The notes under the pieces: generated by a model
What the model was told of the DNA's origin: nothing
The model's database searches: none
The model's input: the letters and a program-made list of their open reading frames with translations, nothing else
Made by a program: the position numbers and the translations under genes
Shown: piece after piece, positions 1 to 12,000 of the stretch
Numbering within the stretch: the first letter of the stretch is position 1
Layout of the letters: every line of letters starts with the position of its first letter
NCBI GenBank assembly: GCA_035084275.1
Contig: CM068751.1
Coordinates: forward strand, 3,472,001 to 3,536,000
Origin: Hydrolagus colliei
Taxonomy: Eukaryota
Length of the DNA: 64,000 nucleotides
Direction of reading: 5' to 3'

Positions 1-697
1 TGAGCAATAACGGAGAATCACAAATTATTTTTAGGAGAAGTTCACCAAGCTATGGCTATTTTATCCGCATACACAAACACACACACATACACATGATACA
101 TGGTAAACACATTGTGCTAAATGATTTTCTTTACTTCTTTCTCTATCAAAAGACCTTGAACATTTTCTCCAGAGAGTTTCCCCCACCCCCAGAAAGGTTT
201 ATTCATTTTGCAGAACTTACAAGGAGAAAGAGCAGAATTCATACCAACAATTTAGAAACCGAAGGAAAGAAATTACTCTCAGTAATTTGCTGTACATCTG
301 CTGCTGACTGATTTACTAATTTAATCTACAGAAGTTTATTAAAAGCATTTTGTTAAGCCGGGCGTTCAGTGCTGTGAATTTCAATCATAATTTCTTACTC
401 TGCAACGATGTTTCCTGGCTTTGATTAATCCACTCTCATGAGCAGTAAAATTCAGTGATTAATATTTTTTAATCATGTAGACACAAACCTGCTGTGAATT
501 CATTCACTTTCTCTTCAGCTTTAACTGGTTAGAGTTTGACTGTTTGATGCTAACGGGAATTCAAGGGAAGATGCAGTTTTCGCAGCTTCACTGGGGTCTG
601 ACTTATTATTATTAATGTCAATAATCATTGCATTAATCCTTAATACAATGTCTTCTAACTTTAAAGAGTCTCAGCTCTTTGCAATTTTTTCTGCAAG

Positions 698-1020
698 ATA
701 ATAATAATAATCCTTGCATTTGGTAAGCGCTTTTCACATCTTATCGATGTCTCAAAGTGCTTCACAGAATATACTGGTGAAGTGAATTGACTGTATATTT
801 GTGGGCGAAACGCAGCAGCCAATTGCGCACAGCAGTGTCCCACAAACAGTCGTGGATTGAAATGAACAATTTTTATTATTGTGTTTTTTTTTGGACGGAT
901 TATTATTAGACGTGTGGAGTAAGGAAACTTGTCTAAGGTTTTGCCCTGACCTGCCTGAATTCAAACAAAGGTCTCGCACTTCTAAGGCGAGTGCTCCAAT
1001 CACTGAGCTACAGGAGCTCC
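698..1020 (-). mobile_element. tRNA-derived Deu-like SINE (abundant local family), full length
   Basis: Reverse complement of head GGAGCTCCTGTAGCTCAGTG, body TTTGTGGGACACTGCTGTGCGCAATTGGCTG and tail AAATGCAAGG(ATT)n. It matches the other copies in the window. Confidence 0.92.
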
Positions 1021-1429
1021 ATGTAGTGACTGTACAAATATGGACAACTAGAAATATGATTTGAAACTAACAGCTGTGGGATGCTACCTGTGTGAAGGGT
1101 GTTATATAAATTCAAGTGGTTGTTGACTGTTGCCGTTGGAACTGGGCTGTGTTATGCCCAACGCTCTCAAACACCGATTTCAACTTTGAGTTTCACAAAG
1201 TTGTCATCTGAGAGGAGTTCTGGAAGGTTGTCTGCAAAACTAAACTGTAAATTATGTTGCTACTCCCACGCTTACATCCAATGGGTGCATTTTATTGCCT
1301 TATACATTCATAGGCAACCAGCTGATGGTATCAAAGTAGAAGCATTTCCATGTTATATTCCCACATGTACTGAAACCAATATTCGACTCACAATGAATCA
1401 TTTTAAATCACGCAAAGCTCAAAGCTAAT

Positions 1430-1820
1430 GCAGCAAATGTTTTCACATTTGGTAAAAATGATTCTACATTTGGAACACGACTGTGCATTACCAGAAGATT
1501 GATGGATAGACAGAGGATATAATGTGCAAAGTGATTGTTCATGAGCTGTTGGAAACCATGGAAATGCCATGTGAACGAAAGCAACTGGTCTGGGAGGAAT
1601 TGTGTAAGGTTGAAGGTTAGATATGTATTCATGAACTGTGTTTGCCTTACCTTTGGGAGAGCAACGAGAAACATTGCAGAGATTTTCCTCAGGAGATTGA
1701 AAGGGTTACACAGAGGCAGCCACTGACTCAATCTCACAAGAAGACAAGGTGAAAAAAACAGTTTAGATCGAACCACTTTGCACAAAGGATAGGGAATATA
1801 TGGAACAGACAGCTGAGGTG
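1430..1820 (+). mobile_element. Very old CR1-like fragment
   Basis: Ends with FRSNHFAQRIGNIWNR, resembling the CR1 FFSQRVVNIWN motif. Otherwise heavily decayed. Confidence 0.4.
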
Positions 1821-2393
1821 GACAATGTGAAACATTAATACAATATAAACTTACATTTGTATAGCGCCTTTACAATTACATTTATAGCAACCTACAAAAT
1901 AAAAGATTTCTTCAATGGCTCTCTTTACCATCCCTTGCATGATATGACAATCAAAATTTGCCTAACATTGCCCTTCCAGGCTCACTCTTGGTCTAGTTCT
2001 GAAAACATGAACCGTTCAGTCAGTTGTTCTTGTGGCTTTGTGTTTACACGAGTTGACCAATGCTGTAACCCAATTATAAGTGTGCAATGAGGAGTTTCAG
2101 TACTTCTCAGCTAGGCTAGGCCCGAGGGAGGTGGAAAGCTATTGAAATGCAAGCAAGTTTGACTTCATGAACTGCATCTTCATAAACTGAGAGCTTAGTT
2201 TCAATGACAAACTGGAATGCTTTGAAACCGAGACTCATTTTTAATTTCACACTGAGCTGGATGAGGGAATCTCAATTTAAATAGTTTGGATTTGAGAGAG
2301 ATTATTTGAACATCCTTATTAAGGAAGATAATTCATCCGGGGAAAACTCCTTCATTTGACAGCCCTTACAGAGGGAACAGTCTCCCAACTGGA

Positions 2394-2741
2394 GGAGTAC
2401 TCCTGTGGCTCAGTGATTAGAGCACTTGTCTTGCAAGCTGGGCAGACCAAGCTGGGGAGACCAGTGTTCGAATCCAGGCAGGTCAGGGCGAAACCTTGGG
2501 CAAGTTTCCTTACTCCACACGCCTAATAATAATCCCTCAAAAAAAAACCACAATCATAAAATTGATCATTTCAATCACGACTGCTTGGGGGACACTGCTG
2601 TGCGCAATTGGCTGCTGATTCACCCACGCATATATATACAGTCAATTCACTTTACAGTATATTCTGTGAAGCGCTTTGGGACGTCGATAAGATGTGAAAA
2701 GCGCTTATCAAATGCAAGGATTATTATTATTATTATTATTA
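2394..2741 (+). mobile_element. tRNA-derived Deu-like SINE, full length, two-unit head variant
   Basis: A-box TGGCTCAGTGA, B-box TGTTCGAATCC, Deu-like core, L2-type tail and (ATT)n. Confidence 0.93.
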
Positions 2742-3829
2742 CTCTCTGAGCGCGCGTGGGTGAGGAGGCTAAGAAAGGGCAACAGAGGAAGATAACTAAA
2801 TCAAGCAAAGGGCCCCCCACATATCCTCCTGTCATTTAATAAGATAGTTCAATCTAATGCAAGGCAGCTGCATGAACTTGAGTAAATTATTGGGTCACAC
2901 AAAATGCGACAGTGGCGTTTACCAAAGGCAGAGAGCAATTTGTCTCGTAATGTTTTTTGTGTGCTCTGCAAAATAAGAGATGTTTGCCCTGGGCAATGGA
3001 GCATTTTCCCATTTGGAACCAATTGTTAATCGACCACTCCCAGATCAGGTACAGCATATTTTGAAGCAAAGTAATATATCTATTCCAGCCCATTGTCTTA
3101 ATTACAGTCCTTCCCCACCCACACACCCCTCCACCCCCCACATAAATTAACCTAACCTATGAATCACATTGCCAATTTTGAGCAAATTAGTACCAGATTA
3201 CAATTTTTTTTGCAACTGTGGAATGACATCTGCTAGGAATTGGGTTTCACGTGTCAGAGTGTTTTCAGTAACCGGGGAGAGAGAGACTTGGTTCAAAGCA
3301 ATCCGGGCTGGATTCAAACCTGGATGCCACGTCTCATTCCCTTTTTGCAACTCAGTTGTTGAATTAGTAGTTCTAATTCTAGATCTATTTGAGGACTAAA
3401 CCAATCCAACCTGCCTTGCTCTTCAATCCTTACAGAGGCCTAAGAAGTGGTCTATAAAGATCTAAAAAGAGTACAATATCACCATCACATTCAGTGAAAA
3501 GGTCGGAATTGAATCCATATTTCTGCTTTATTTATCTACAAAATATTTATAGGGTGAAAATTGCTTACAATTTTACAATGTGTTCAATGTGGATATTACA
3601 TAGAATCAATTATGAAATGCAGCTTTTCGCCTCTATGTTTATTGAATTATCTGTCATATTTTCCTTTCTTAATTGTCCAAATTTTCAAACAAACATATAT
3701 TTGTTAAGATGTGCACTTCACACCCAATTGATGCATGTTTGAATCACAATTCCACTTCACACTCCAGTCGGCTGTAGCTGGTACAATAAATGTTGGATTC
3801 CCAAGTACCTTATTCACCCAAAACACTTG

Positions 3830-4088
3830 CACATTAGCAGGCGAACCTTTGGCCACTCTGCCCCCAACCTCTGGAACTCCATCCCGCAGTCCCTTCACCT
3901 CGCCCCGTCCCTGGCCTCCTTCAAGTCTCGTCTCAAGATTCTTCTCTTCGATGGTCCCACCAGCAACTCCTAAACCCCCCGCTTCCCTCGCCCCTATCCC
4001 TCACTCGGGTCTGAAACAGTGACTGTCCAGTGCCTTGGGACGTGTGAAAGGCGCTAAACGAGTGTAAATTTTGTTGTTCTTGTTGTTA
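3830..4088 (+). mobile_element. L2 LINE 3' end
   Basis: CTCTGGAACTCCATCCC..CCTTCAAG..CTCAAGA (WNSIP..FK..LK), C-rich UTR, GTGAAAGGCGCTA and (TTG)n tail. Confidence 0.85.
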
Positions 4089-4107
4089 GTACAGGTGGGA
4101 GCACTGT

Positions 4108-4330
4108 CAACAGAAGGTGGTGGGTTCAAAACCCACATGAGGATTTTGAACTCACATAGTCTAAGATGACATTTTAATGCTGGCATTGGATGAGTCCACC
4201 TGTTCACTTTGGGTGTTTGTGGGACATTGCTGTGTGCAAATTAGCTGCTGTGTTTTACTGCCCTTTACTGTATATCCTGTGAACTGACATGAAAGGCACT
4301 CTACAAATGTAATTTTATTGTTGTTGTTGA
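4108..4330 (+). mobile_element. Older DeuSINE (SacSINE1-like) remnant
   Basis: AGAAGGTGGTGGGTTCAAA head piece, GTTTGTGGGACATTGCTGTGTGCAAATTAGCTG Deu core and (TTG)n tail. Family name recalled, not searched. Confidence 0.6.
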
Positions 4331-4787
4331 GACGTCCTCCCAACATGAAAGGTTCTATTTCAAATGTATTGTTATGTATAATAATAAAAGCTGTGAGCTT
4401 CAATAACGCCAACAGGTCCTCATTTGATAATTGTTGATTGTAGAAATTTCTTTTGTTCTGATGCTCGTGGACTTTTTTCATTCAATATTTTTGTATAAAC
4501 AGTCAACACTGATGGCATTATTCAAGAAACAGCATGGGTGATTTAATGATTAAGGCAGCTGAATTAAGTTCCCTGGAAATGCATTCATTAACCCTTGTAG
4601 CAATCGTGTCAGCTCCATTAAGTCATCTACCTCTGGAGGGATCAGCTGTAGTGATTCTTCGAAGCTGCGAAACCTTTAATGGTTCTAAATATTCTAAACT
4701 TTTACAGTAACAGACAGAAAAAGATGCTGAATTCAAACCTTCGCTCTCATTTTCAGTGAAAATTTGAAAGGTTATGTTTCCGGCTCG

Positions 4788-4960
4788 TCTCACTCTTGCC
4801 TCTGAATCAGCAGGTTGTGAGTTCAAGCTCCAAGTAAATAATTTGAATTCATAGTCTAGCCTGACAGTCCGGTAATAGTTCAGAGGCAACACCACATTGT
4901 CAGAGACGCCATCCTTTGGATGAAACGTACAGGAACGAATCCCCCTGTTTGGGCCTTGAT
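4788..4960 (+). mobile_element. Older DeuSINE (SacSINE1-like) 5' part
   Basis: CACTCTTGCCTCTGAATCAGCAGGTTGTGAGTTCAAG...TAGTCTAGCCTGACA, homologous to the 52168 and 62405 copies. Confidence 0.65.
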
Positions 4961-5281
4961 TCCTTCTTAAGGAATTCTATTAAAAATGTTTAGATTTTTT
5001 CCCCAATAAGTAAATTGGGTATCTCAAGGCAGCCTTGAATTGTTTCCACTGAATTTATAGAGTACACTGTTTCTTTATGTCACACTGTTATTCTTGGATT
5101 GCTGGGGGAAAATATCCTTTGAGCAACAATATTAATCTTTCATAAGATCATCATAAAAACATAAGGTCAGTCTCGTCAATAAAACATGATTTTGTCATGA
5201 ATACAAAGGCGAGAGAAACTCAATCTTATTTTATTGAGAACATTCAGTCCTTGAAATAAATAGATTCAGTAAATAGAGATG

Positions 5282-5912
5282 CAGTGAAACCTCCAATAAT
5301 CCGACATTCCGAAAACTGGCAACTCCCTAAAAACCGGCAAGATTTCAAAATGCAAACAGCATTAGATTTTTTTCCTACATCCGACAAATCTCCCGAAGTT
5401 TGGATCAGCGTTGCTGCTCTGTTACCCGGCCCTGTGGGTGGAGCTCGGCCATTTTTTGGCTTCAGTGTTGCGATACACTATGCTACAGTCCTGTACTCAG
5501 TGGTTAGAGCACTCGCCTTACAAGCGTGAGTCCTGTGTTCAAATCCGGGCAGGTTAAGGCAAAACCCTAGGCTTGTTTCCTTTACTCCACACGCCTAATA
5601 ATAATAATAATCATCCCTCAAAAACAAAACCGGTCGTTTCAATCCACAACTGTGCGTAGGACACAATTGTCAGCCGCGTTTCACCCACAAATGTACAGTC
5701 AATTCACTTCACAGTATGTTCTGTGAAGCGCTTTGAGATATCTAGAAGGCGTGAAAAGCTCTACACCAAAATGCAAGGATTATTATTATTAGATTACAGC
5801 TCATGTGGTGTATGGGGCGGGGCTTCCCCAGCCATTTCCAGGTAGGTTTCTAAATACCTGCAAACTCCATAATCTGGGAGGTGTGTGGGCCAGTATTGTC
5901 AAGGTTTTACTG
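5282..5912. mobile_element. Tigger/pogo-like MITE containing a SINE
   Basis: TIRs CAGTGAAACCT (5282) and AGGTTTTACTG (to 5912) followed by TA; subterminal CCATAATC / CAATAATCCG motifs. Confidence 0.7.
5487..5791 (+). mobile_element. tRNA-derived Deu-like SINE nested in a Tigger-like MITE
   Basis: CTCAGTGGTTAGAGCACTCGCCTTACAAGCG head and AAATGCAAGGATTATTATT tail. Confidence 0.9.
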
Positions 5913-6895
5913 TAGCCTTTTATGTATTTAAATTTTCAGATGCTACCAGTGTAAAAGTAATTAGAGACATACTCTCTGTTTCCACTATGTGTACACTGCT
6001 CATCGGAGAGATCCTGTGGAAATTGGTCCTCCACTTAGTACTCCACGGACAAACGTCAGACACAGTGCATCGGACCATGTGACACAATTGACCGAATTAC
6101 CTTTTCTGTGCCGTAAATCCCTGATATCTATTACTAGACGCAAGAAACTTGGAGATTTTTCAGCTTCATTGATTTCCAGCATCAATGAAATATCCAAATA
6201 CGTGGCTGTTTTTACGACTAGTTTTGGAAACTGCTGTTAGCCGCTCAGAGTGCAAAATAGGTAAATTGTAGCTTGCATTTTAAACAACAAAAAAGTTGGT
6301 TCCTATGAAACCTGGAGCTTTTCCTTATCACCTTTCATGAATAAATTTCATCAACAGGAAAAATAAATCCCCATAGGCACACAGCACCACACGGCTGATG
6401 TTGCTGAGATACTATTTTATTTTCTCAGTATTGGATTACAAGGAAGTAAAGTATATATTTTGTATATTGGAATCTGTTCACTTACACCATTTGTAGATTT
6501 GTGAGAAATACACATATAATCCCTGCATTATAATGAGTAGTAAAAGCCTTAAGGGAATCGAGGGGCTGCGAATTCTATGTGTGTTTACAGCTTATTTGTA
6601 ACCTGGAAATAACTGTTTCTGGGTCCTTGCCATATATGTAATATATTGACTCTTAAAGCACCATTTGTGCTCGACTTTGATTGTTGAACACTGACAACAA
6701 TAATTTTTCTAACCACTGTAGCCTTTCTTAAAAGTACCGTGTATAAGAGACCAGCTGTCTATAAATTGACTTCAAGTTTAACTCTTACAATACAGATAAT
6801 AATGGATCAATTTGTCATGTTTCAAAAGAACAGTGTTCCATTTCTCCCACATTCTGCTGCAAGCATCCTATGAATGTGCTGAAGTGACTGCCGAG

Positions 6896-7241
6896 TAGTG
6901 TCCAGCGATATATCGATATATCGGTTATATCGGTATAATTTTTCATATCGATATGCCGATATCGGAAATTTGAATATATTGGTATATCGAAAAATTCGGT
7001 ATAAAACAAAATTGATATATCGCAAATATCAGTTTATCGTGTCCGGCGATATATCGATATATCAGTTATATCGGTATAATACTAACTTTCAACTTACCTT
7101 GTCGCCGACATAGCAAACCTCCTGGGCCTAGAGCACGCATATCGGAATGTGCGCGCATACACAGGATAAAGAAACCTGGCGATATCGATACATCGGTATA
7201 TATCGATATGAGCCCAACAATATATCGATATCGGAAAACTA
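6896..7241. mobile_element. Non-autonomous hAT-type DNA transposon (MITE), 346 bp
   Basis: TAG...CTA termini and an 8-bp TSD, CTGCCGAG (6888-6895) / CTGCCAAG (7242-7249). Dense CGATATATCG subterminal repeats; CpG-rich. Confidence 0.85.
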
Positions 7242-7254
7242 CTGCCAAGGTGAC

Positions 7255-8147
7255 TGACTGGGAGTTGTGTTGGACCCTGAGCTATCCTTCCTCCCCCACA
7301 TCTGCTCCATGACCGGCACAGCCTTCCATCACCTCCGCACTATTGCCAGACTCTGCCACTACCTCATCCCCCATGCTGCCGAAACTCTCATCCACATCTT
7401 TATCACTGTGGATCTCCATCCCATAGCCCCTCCGCCTTGCTTCCTCCCTTTCCTCCTTCAAGGCCGGTCTGTTCAGATCTGACCGTTCAGTGCTTTGAGA
7501 CGTCCTCCTGACGTGAAAGGCGCTATATAAGTGCAATTTTGCTGTTGTTGTTGTTGTTATCACTGCCAGGCTCGATTCGGGAACTCTCTCCTCGTCGGCC
7601 TCCCCAGCTCCTCCCTTCACAGGCTGCAGATCATTTCGAATTCTGCAGCTCATGTACTCTCCCGCACCAGGCTTCGCGACCACATCACTCCCCCGTCTCC
7701 ACTGGCTCCCCATCCCCTAGAGAATCGAATTCAAGATCCTCGTCCATTCACGGCCTTGCCCCCGCCTATCTCTCTGACCTACCGTCTCCCTATCAGCCTG
7801 TGCCCGTCCCCTCCGCTCAGCAGACTCAGGCCTGCTCCGCGTCCACCGCCCTAACCGCCCAACCATCGGCGGCCGGGCTTTCAGCCTCTCTGCTCCCACA
7901 CTGTGGAACTCCATCCCATAGCCCCTCCGCCTCGCTTCCTCCCTTTCCTCCTTCAAGGCCGGTCTCAAGACCTTCCTCTTCGACCGCGCCTTCGGCTGCC
8001 CCACTAACTCTTCCCCCTCTCCCACTCTCCTTCCCCTTCGACCTACCCTCCCTCCACCCCCCGCTCAGGTCCCGACTGACTGTTCAGCGCTTTGGGACGT
8101 CCTCCTGATGTGAAATGCGCTATATAAGCGCAATTTTGTTGTTGTTG
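7255..8147 (+). mobile_element. L2 LINE 3' portion with a nested L2 3' end (7409-7556)
   Basis: Reads LGVVLDPELSF.PHI...AFHHLRTIARL..AAETLIHIFIT, then NSLLVGLPSSSLHRLQIISNSAAHVLSRTRLRDHITP. Two (TTG)n tails are present. Confidence 0.92.
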
Positions 8148-9814
8148 CCAGATGTTACATGGAGTCAGAATTATGTGAGTGAGATATGATAGTATTGAGT
8201 GTCATTTGCAAAGGAAGAGCAGTTGTGATGGATGAAAATTGGCAACAGAAAGGAAATGAAAATAATGTTCTTGTTCTGAGTTAGGCCGTAGCAAATTTCA
8301 CAAGCAATCATTTGTACGAAAGATCATTCTGGGCACGTAATATGGGCTGAAGAGATTGAGCTAACTGCATGGTAAACTTTACCAAAATATAATGCCACTT
8401 TTATGTTTGTGTGAATACACACTTAGCTTGTGGTATTTTATTTTCAGCACTCACTTATATGGAGGCAAAATAATCTTGCACAACATGTTTCATTGATAGT
8501 TTGTTTGCTGAGGCTCTTTTTTGTCCCATAAGATGCAATATTAATGTGGAAACACAACCTGTTTTCCTTTCATTAATAATTTGCAAATAAGGAGGAACTG
8601 CCAAACAAAAAATAAGAGAGAAAACGAGATTCATCATCCATACCAATAAAACCTCCCCAGAGAATTCACTATTGAAATACTTCATCTGTTTCTGATGTGG
8701 ATTGCCAATGAATACATGCATTAATGTTTAATATATTCATACTTAGAATAGTCCCAAGCATCCATCTCAAAACCAGCAATCATGGTTTTCACTTCTTAAA
8801 GCTTTATATTCAGAGTAACTTGACATACACAACTGTAATGTAGAACTTATTTCTTAAAACAATACATTTATTTGACATTTCTGTAAGTGCTGAACTGGCC
8901 TCGTGCATCTTCAGAGTGAGGAAGTCATATTGCACGCTAATAATTAAAACTGGTAAAGTTTTGCGACGAGTTACTGTGATGTTACTCAGTTTGTTTTCAG
9001 AAGATAAATTTAATGAACATTTAAATCATTGTTGGCTGACGGTCGTTTGCTTTTTTGAGCATTGAAAAGAATAGAAATCGTGCAATGGAATTTAAAGAAG
9101 AGCGCATTTCAGTCATTTGAGCCAAAGAATAACTGTGGAATAAAGATAATTAACTCTTTCCTTTTATATTCCTCCAAAACAACATGTGGATTCTCATCTA
9201 GATGTTTTCCATTGCATTTCCAATCATTTCATCTGGCATCACAACAAGAGAGGCTTTACCCTGATACCCAGAGTATATCAATTGTAGAATTTAGCATTGC
9301 TTCTTCTGAATGGGCCCATTGCGGAATATAGGGGTAGGGCTGGGCCTACTGTGAAATCTACTGTGAAAAGTCTTTATCTACTGTGAAAACTCTTGTGGAG
9401 GACTTGCATTCTCATACTGTGGCCAATTTCTGACCACTTTAATTGACTAGAATTCAAGGAGAATGATTCTGATTATATTCTTTGGGGTGAAATTTGTGAC
9501 ATTTCATAAAGAGTTCAAGATTAGATATCGGTAATTTCATCCCTTCATTTCCATCTACTTGAGGTTGTAAATCACAGAAAAAGAAAGGAATTACATTTTT
9601 ATATCACTTTATCCCTACCCCCAGATGAGATCAGAAGTGTCTTCAGACATTCTCCCAATGTGAAAGACGCTAAATGAATGTTGTTGTTGGTATCACTTCA
9701 AAACATCTAGAAGAGCTTCACAAGTAAACACTGTGGCAGTTTAGTTTAATGACTGTTTATTGTGGGGTAACTAATAAAATATCGAATGATTGATATTACT
9801 GAGCATAGATAACA

Positions 9815-10106
9815 GTTCAGTAATCGACTTACAAGCGAGAGACCTGGGTTCAATTCCCGACAGGGGCGAAACATTAGACAGGTTTCCCTACTCCAAACAT
9901 CTAATAATAATCCCTTAAAAAAAAAAAAAAAATTGGTTATTTTAATCTACGACTGTTTGTGGGACACTGCTGTGCGTAATTGACTGCTGCGTTTCGCCCA
10001 CAAATATACAGTCAATTCAATTTACAGTATATACTGTGAAGCGCTTTGAGACGTCCAGAAGGCATGAAAAGTGCAATATCAAATGCAAGGATTATTATCA
10101 TTATTA
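9815..10106 (+). mobile_element. tRNA-derived Deu-like SINE
   Basis: CTTACAAGCGAGAGACCTGGGTTCAATTCC head, Deu-like core and (ATT)n tail. Confidence 0.9.
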
Positions 10107-10247
10107 ATAACATTGTCCGTTTCCTGTGTCATCACACATTGCGTCTTTTTCATGTTCCATTTGTCTGGCCAATTCAGTGTAAACTTGTATAAAGATATCA
10201 GTCCACCCTGTTCTGGACTGAGGCCACTCAAACCGCTTAACTTGTTA

Positions 10248-10840
10248 CAACAGCAACAACAACAACTTGGATTTATATAGCGCTCGCCACGCTGGACGGT
10301 GTCTCAGTGCACTTCCCAATAACGGATCCTGGGGCCGAGGGAGGGAGAAAAAGGTGACCAAAAGCGTGGTTGAAAAGAAAAGTCTTCTGCCGTGACCTGA
10401 AAATGGGAAAAGAGCAGGGGGAGGTGAAGGGATTGAGGAAGGGAGTTCCAGAGCCTCGGGGCATAGTGGCTGAAGGCACGGCCACCGACGGTGGAACAGA
10501 GGATACGGGGGACAAGGAGGAGGCCAGACCCAGTAGAGTGAAGGTAACGGGTGCTGTTGTGAGGAGAGAGGAGGTCAGAGAAGTAGGGGGTGGAGAGGAG
10601 TGGAGGGATTTGAAGACAAGAGTGAGGATCTTGAAATCGATCCGCTCTGAGACAGGGAGACAGTGAAGTCTGGCAAGGACTGGAGTAATCGGGGAGCGGA
10701 GTTTGGTACGGGTGAGAATGCAGGCGGCAGAATTTGGAATTAACTGGATTTTGTGAATGGTGGCGGAGGGGAGACCGGCGAGGAGGGCATTTGAATAGTC
10801 CAGCCGAGAGGTGACTAAGGCACGAACCAGTGTTTTGGCG
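10248..10840 (-). mobile_element. L2 LINE 3' portion
   Basis: Reverse strand reads LVTSRLDYSNALLAGLP...NSAACILTRTK.RSPITPVLARLH.LPV..RIDFKIL, with (CAA)n at the left end. Confidence 0.92.
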
Positions 10841-11669
10841 GCTTTTGGGTGCTCACCATTTTACCATTAATAACCCATTGTCCCAACAAATCTTCCCTCC
10901 AGTTGTGTAGACTCAGTCTCCTATTGCATTCTACTTTGTAAACAACTTTGAGATAAATCACCCAATGCCATAACTGGGAACTGCTGAGCTCACAAAGCAA
11001 ATGGAAAACAGTGCTTACTTCAAAGCAAAGCAGCAGCTAAAAACAACAAGTGCCCTAATGCTTTCTAAAGGAACCTGATAAACATAATGAGGGCTTGCAA
11101 GCAGTAAAATTAAGCTAGTGAACGTCCAATGAGAAAGATGTGATTCAGAGCATTGGCAACATCCAGTTATCTTTTGTGTTTGTCAGCCTTACCTTCAAGA
11201 TAATGATTCAATTTACAATCTGAAAATGCTTTGTGATAACCATTCATTCAAGCTCTGGGTGTGTCGAGAATGTGCGTCTTCGATCTCACTTAATTAAAAT
11301 AATTGCAGAAGCTGCCTTGGTCCACTTGGATTTGGTGAACCTTTGAACCATCACAGAAGCAATCCGAGCTGTAGTTTTCAATGGGAAGGTAAACTGCCTG
11401 TGCTAAAGGAATATTGTCCTGGTAACTGCATGGCACAGTGGGTTAAGCACATATGGACATTGATATGTTAACCTACCTTGAAGGAAGAGGGCTTCTGAGG
11501 TGTTGACTTTTCCTGGGCGCAAATTACATAGTTGTGGCCACAAAGCTCACAGCCCGTCTGGTGAAGTCCACTCACATTCTCTGGGGATCATAGTTTTGGG
11601 GGATCCTGCACATTGATGTGAATATACCTATAGGGAGACCCAATGAATAATGTGCGTTTATTTAGTATT

Positions 11670-11850
11670 ACAATAATAATAATCCTTCTACTTTGTACAG
11701 CCCCTTATCATGTAGTCCAAACGTCTGAAAATGCATCACAGGATTTTACTGTAAAGTGTATATACTTGCAGACGAATGTGCATAGCAACGTCCCACAAAT
11801 AGCCATTACATGAATGTCCAATTTTACTTGGAGGATTGCTGGCCAGGACA
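11670..11850 (-). mobile_element. Older DeuSINE core and tail remnant
   Basis: GCATAGCAACGTCCCACAAATAGC is the reverse complement of the Deu core, with an AATAATAATAATCC tail. Confidence 0.55.
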
Positions 11851-11854
11851 CAGA

Positions 11855-12000
11855 AGAAATGAAAACATAAAATACTGCAGATGCTGGAAATCTGAAACAA
11901 ACACAGAAATCGTTGGGAACACTCATTGGGTCAGGCAGCATCTATGGAGAAAGGAAAAGTGAGTCAACGTTTCGGGTCCACGACGCTTCGTTAGAACTGA
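11855..12000 (-). mobile_element. Penelope-like element terminal-repeat fragment with a degenerate hammerhead motif
   Basis: ATACTGCAGATGCTGGAAATCTGAAA..GGTCAGGCAGCATCT..CAACGTTTCGGGTC..TTCGTTAGAACTG resembles a recalled chondrichthyan Penelope-type repeat. The reverse strand has CTAACGA..GAAACGTT. Confidence 0.75.

Noticed and set aside
6896-7241. CRISPR-like or prokaryotic contaminant repeat array
   Set aside because: The repeats are irregular without unique spacers, bounded by termini and a TSD, and embedded in vertebrate repeats.
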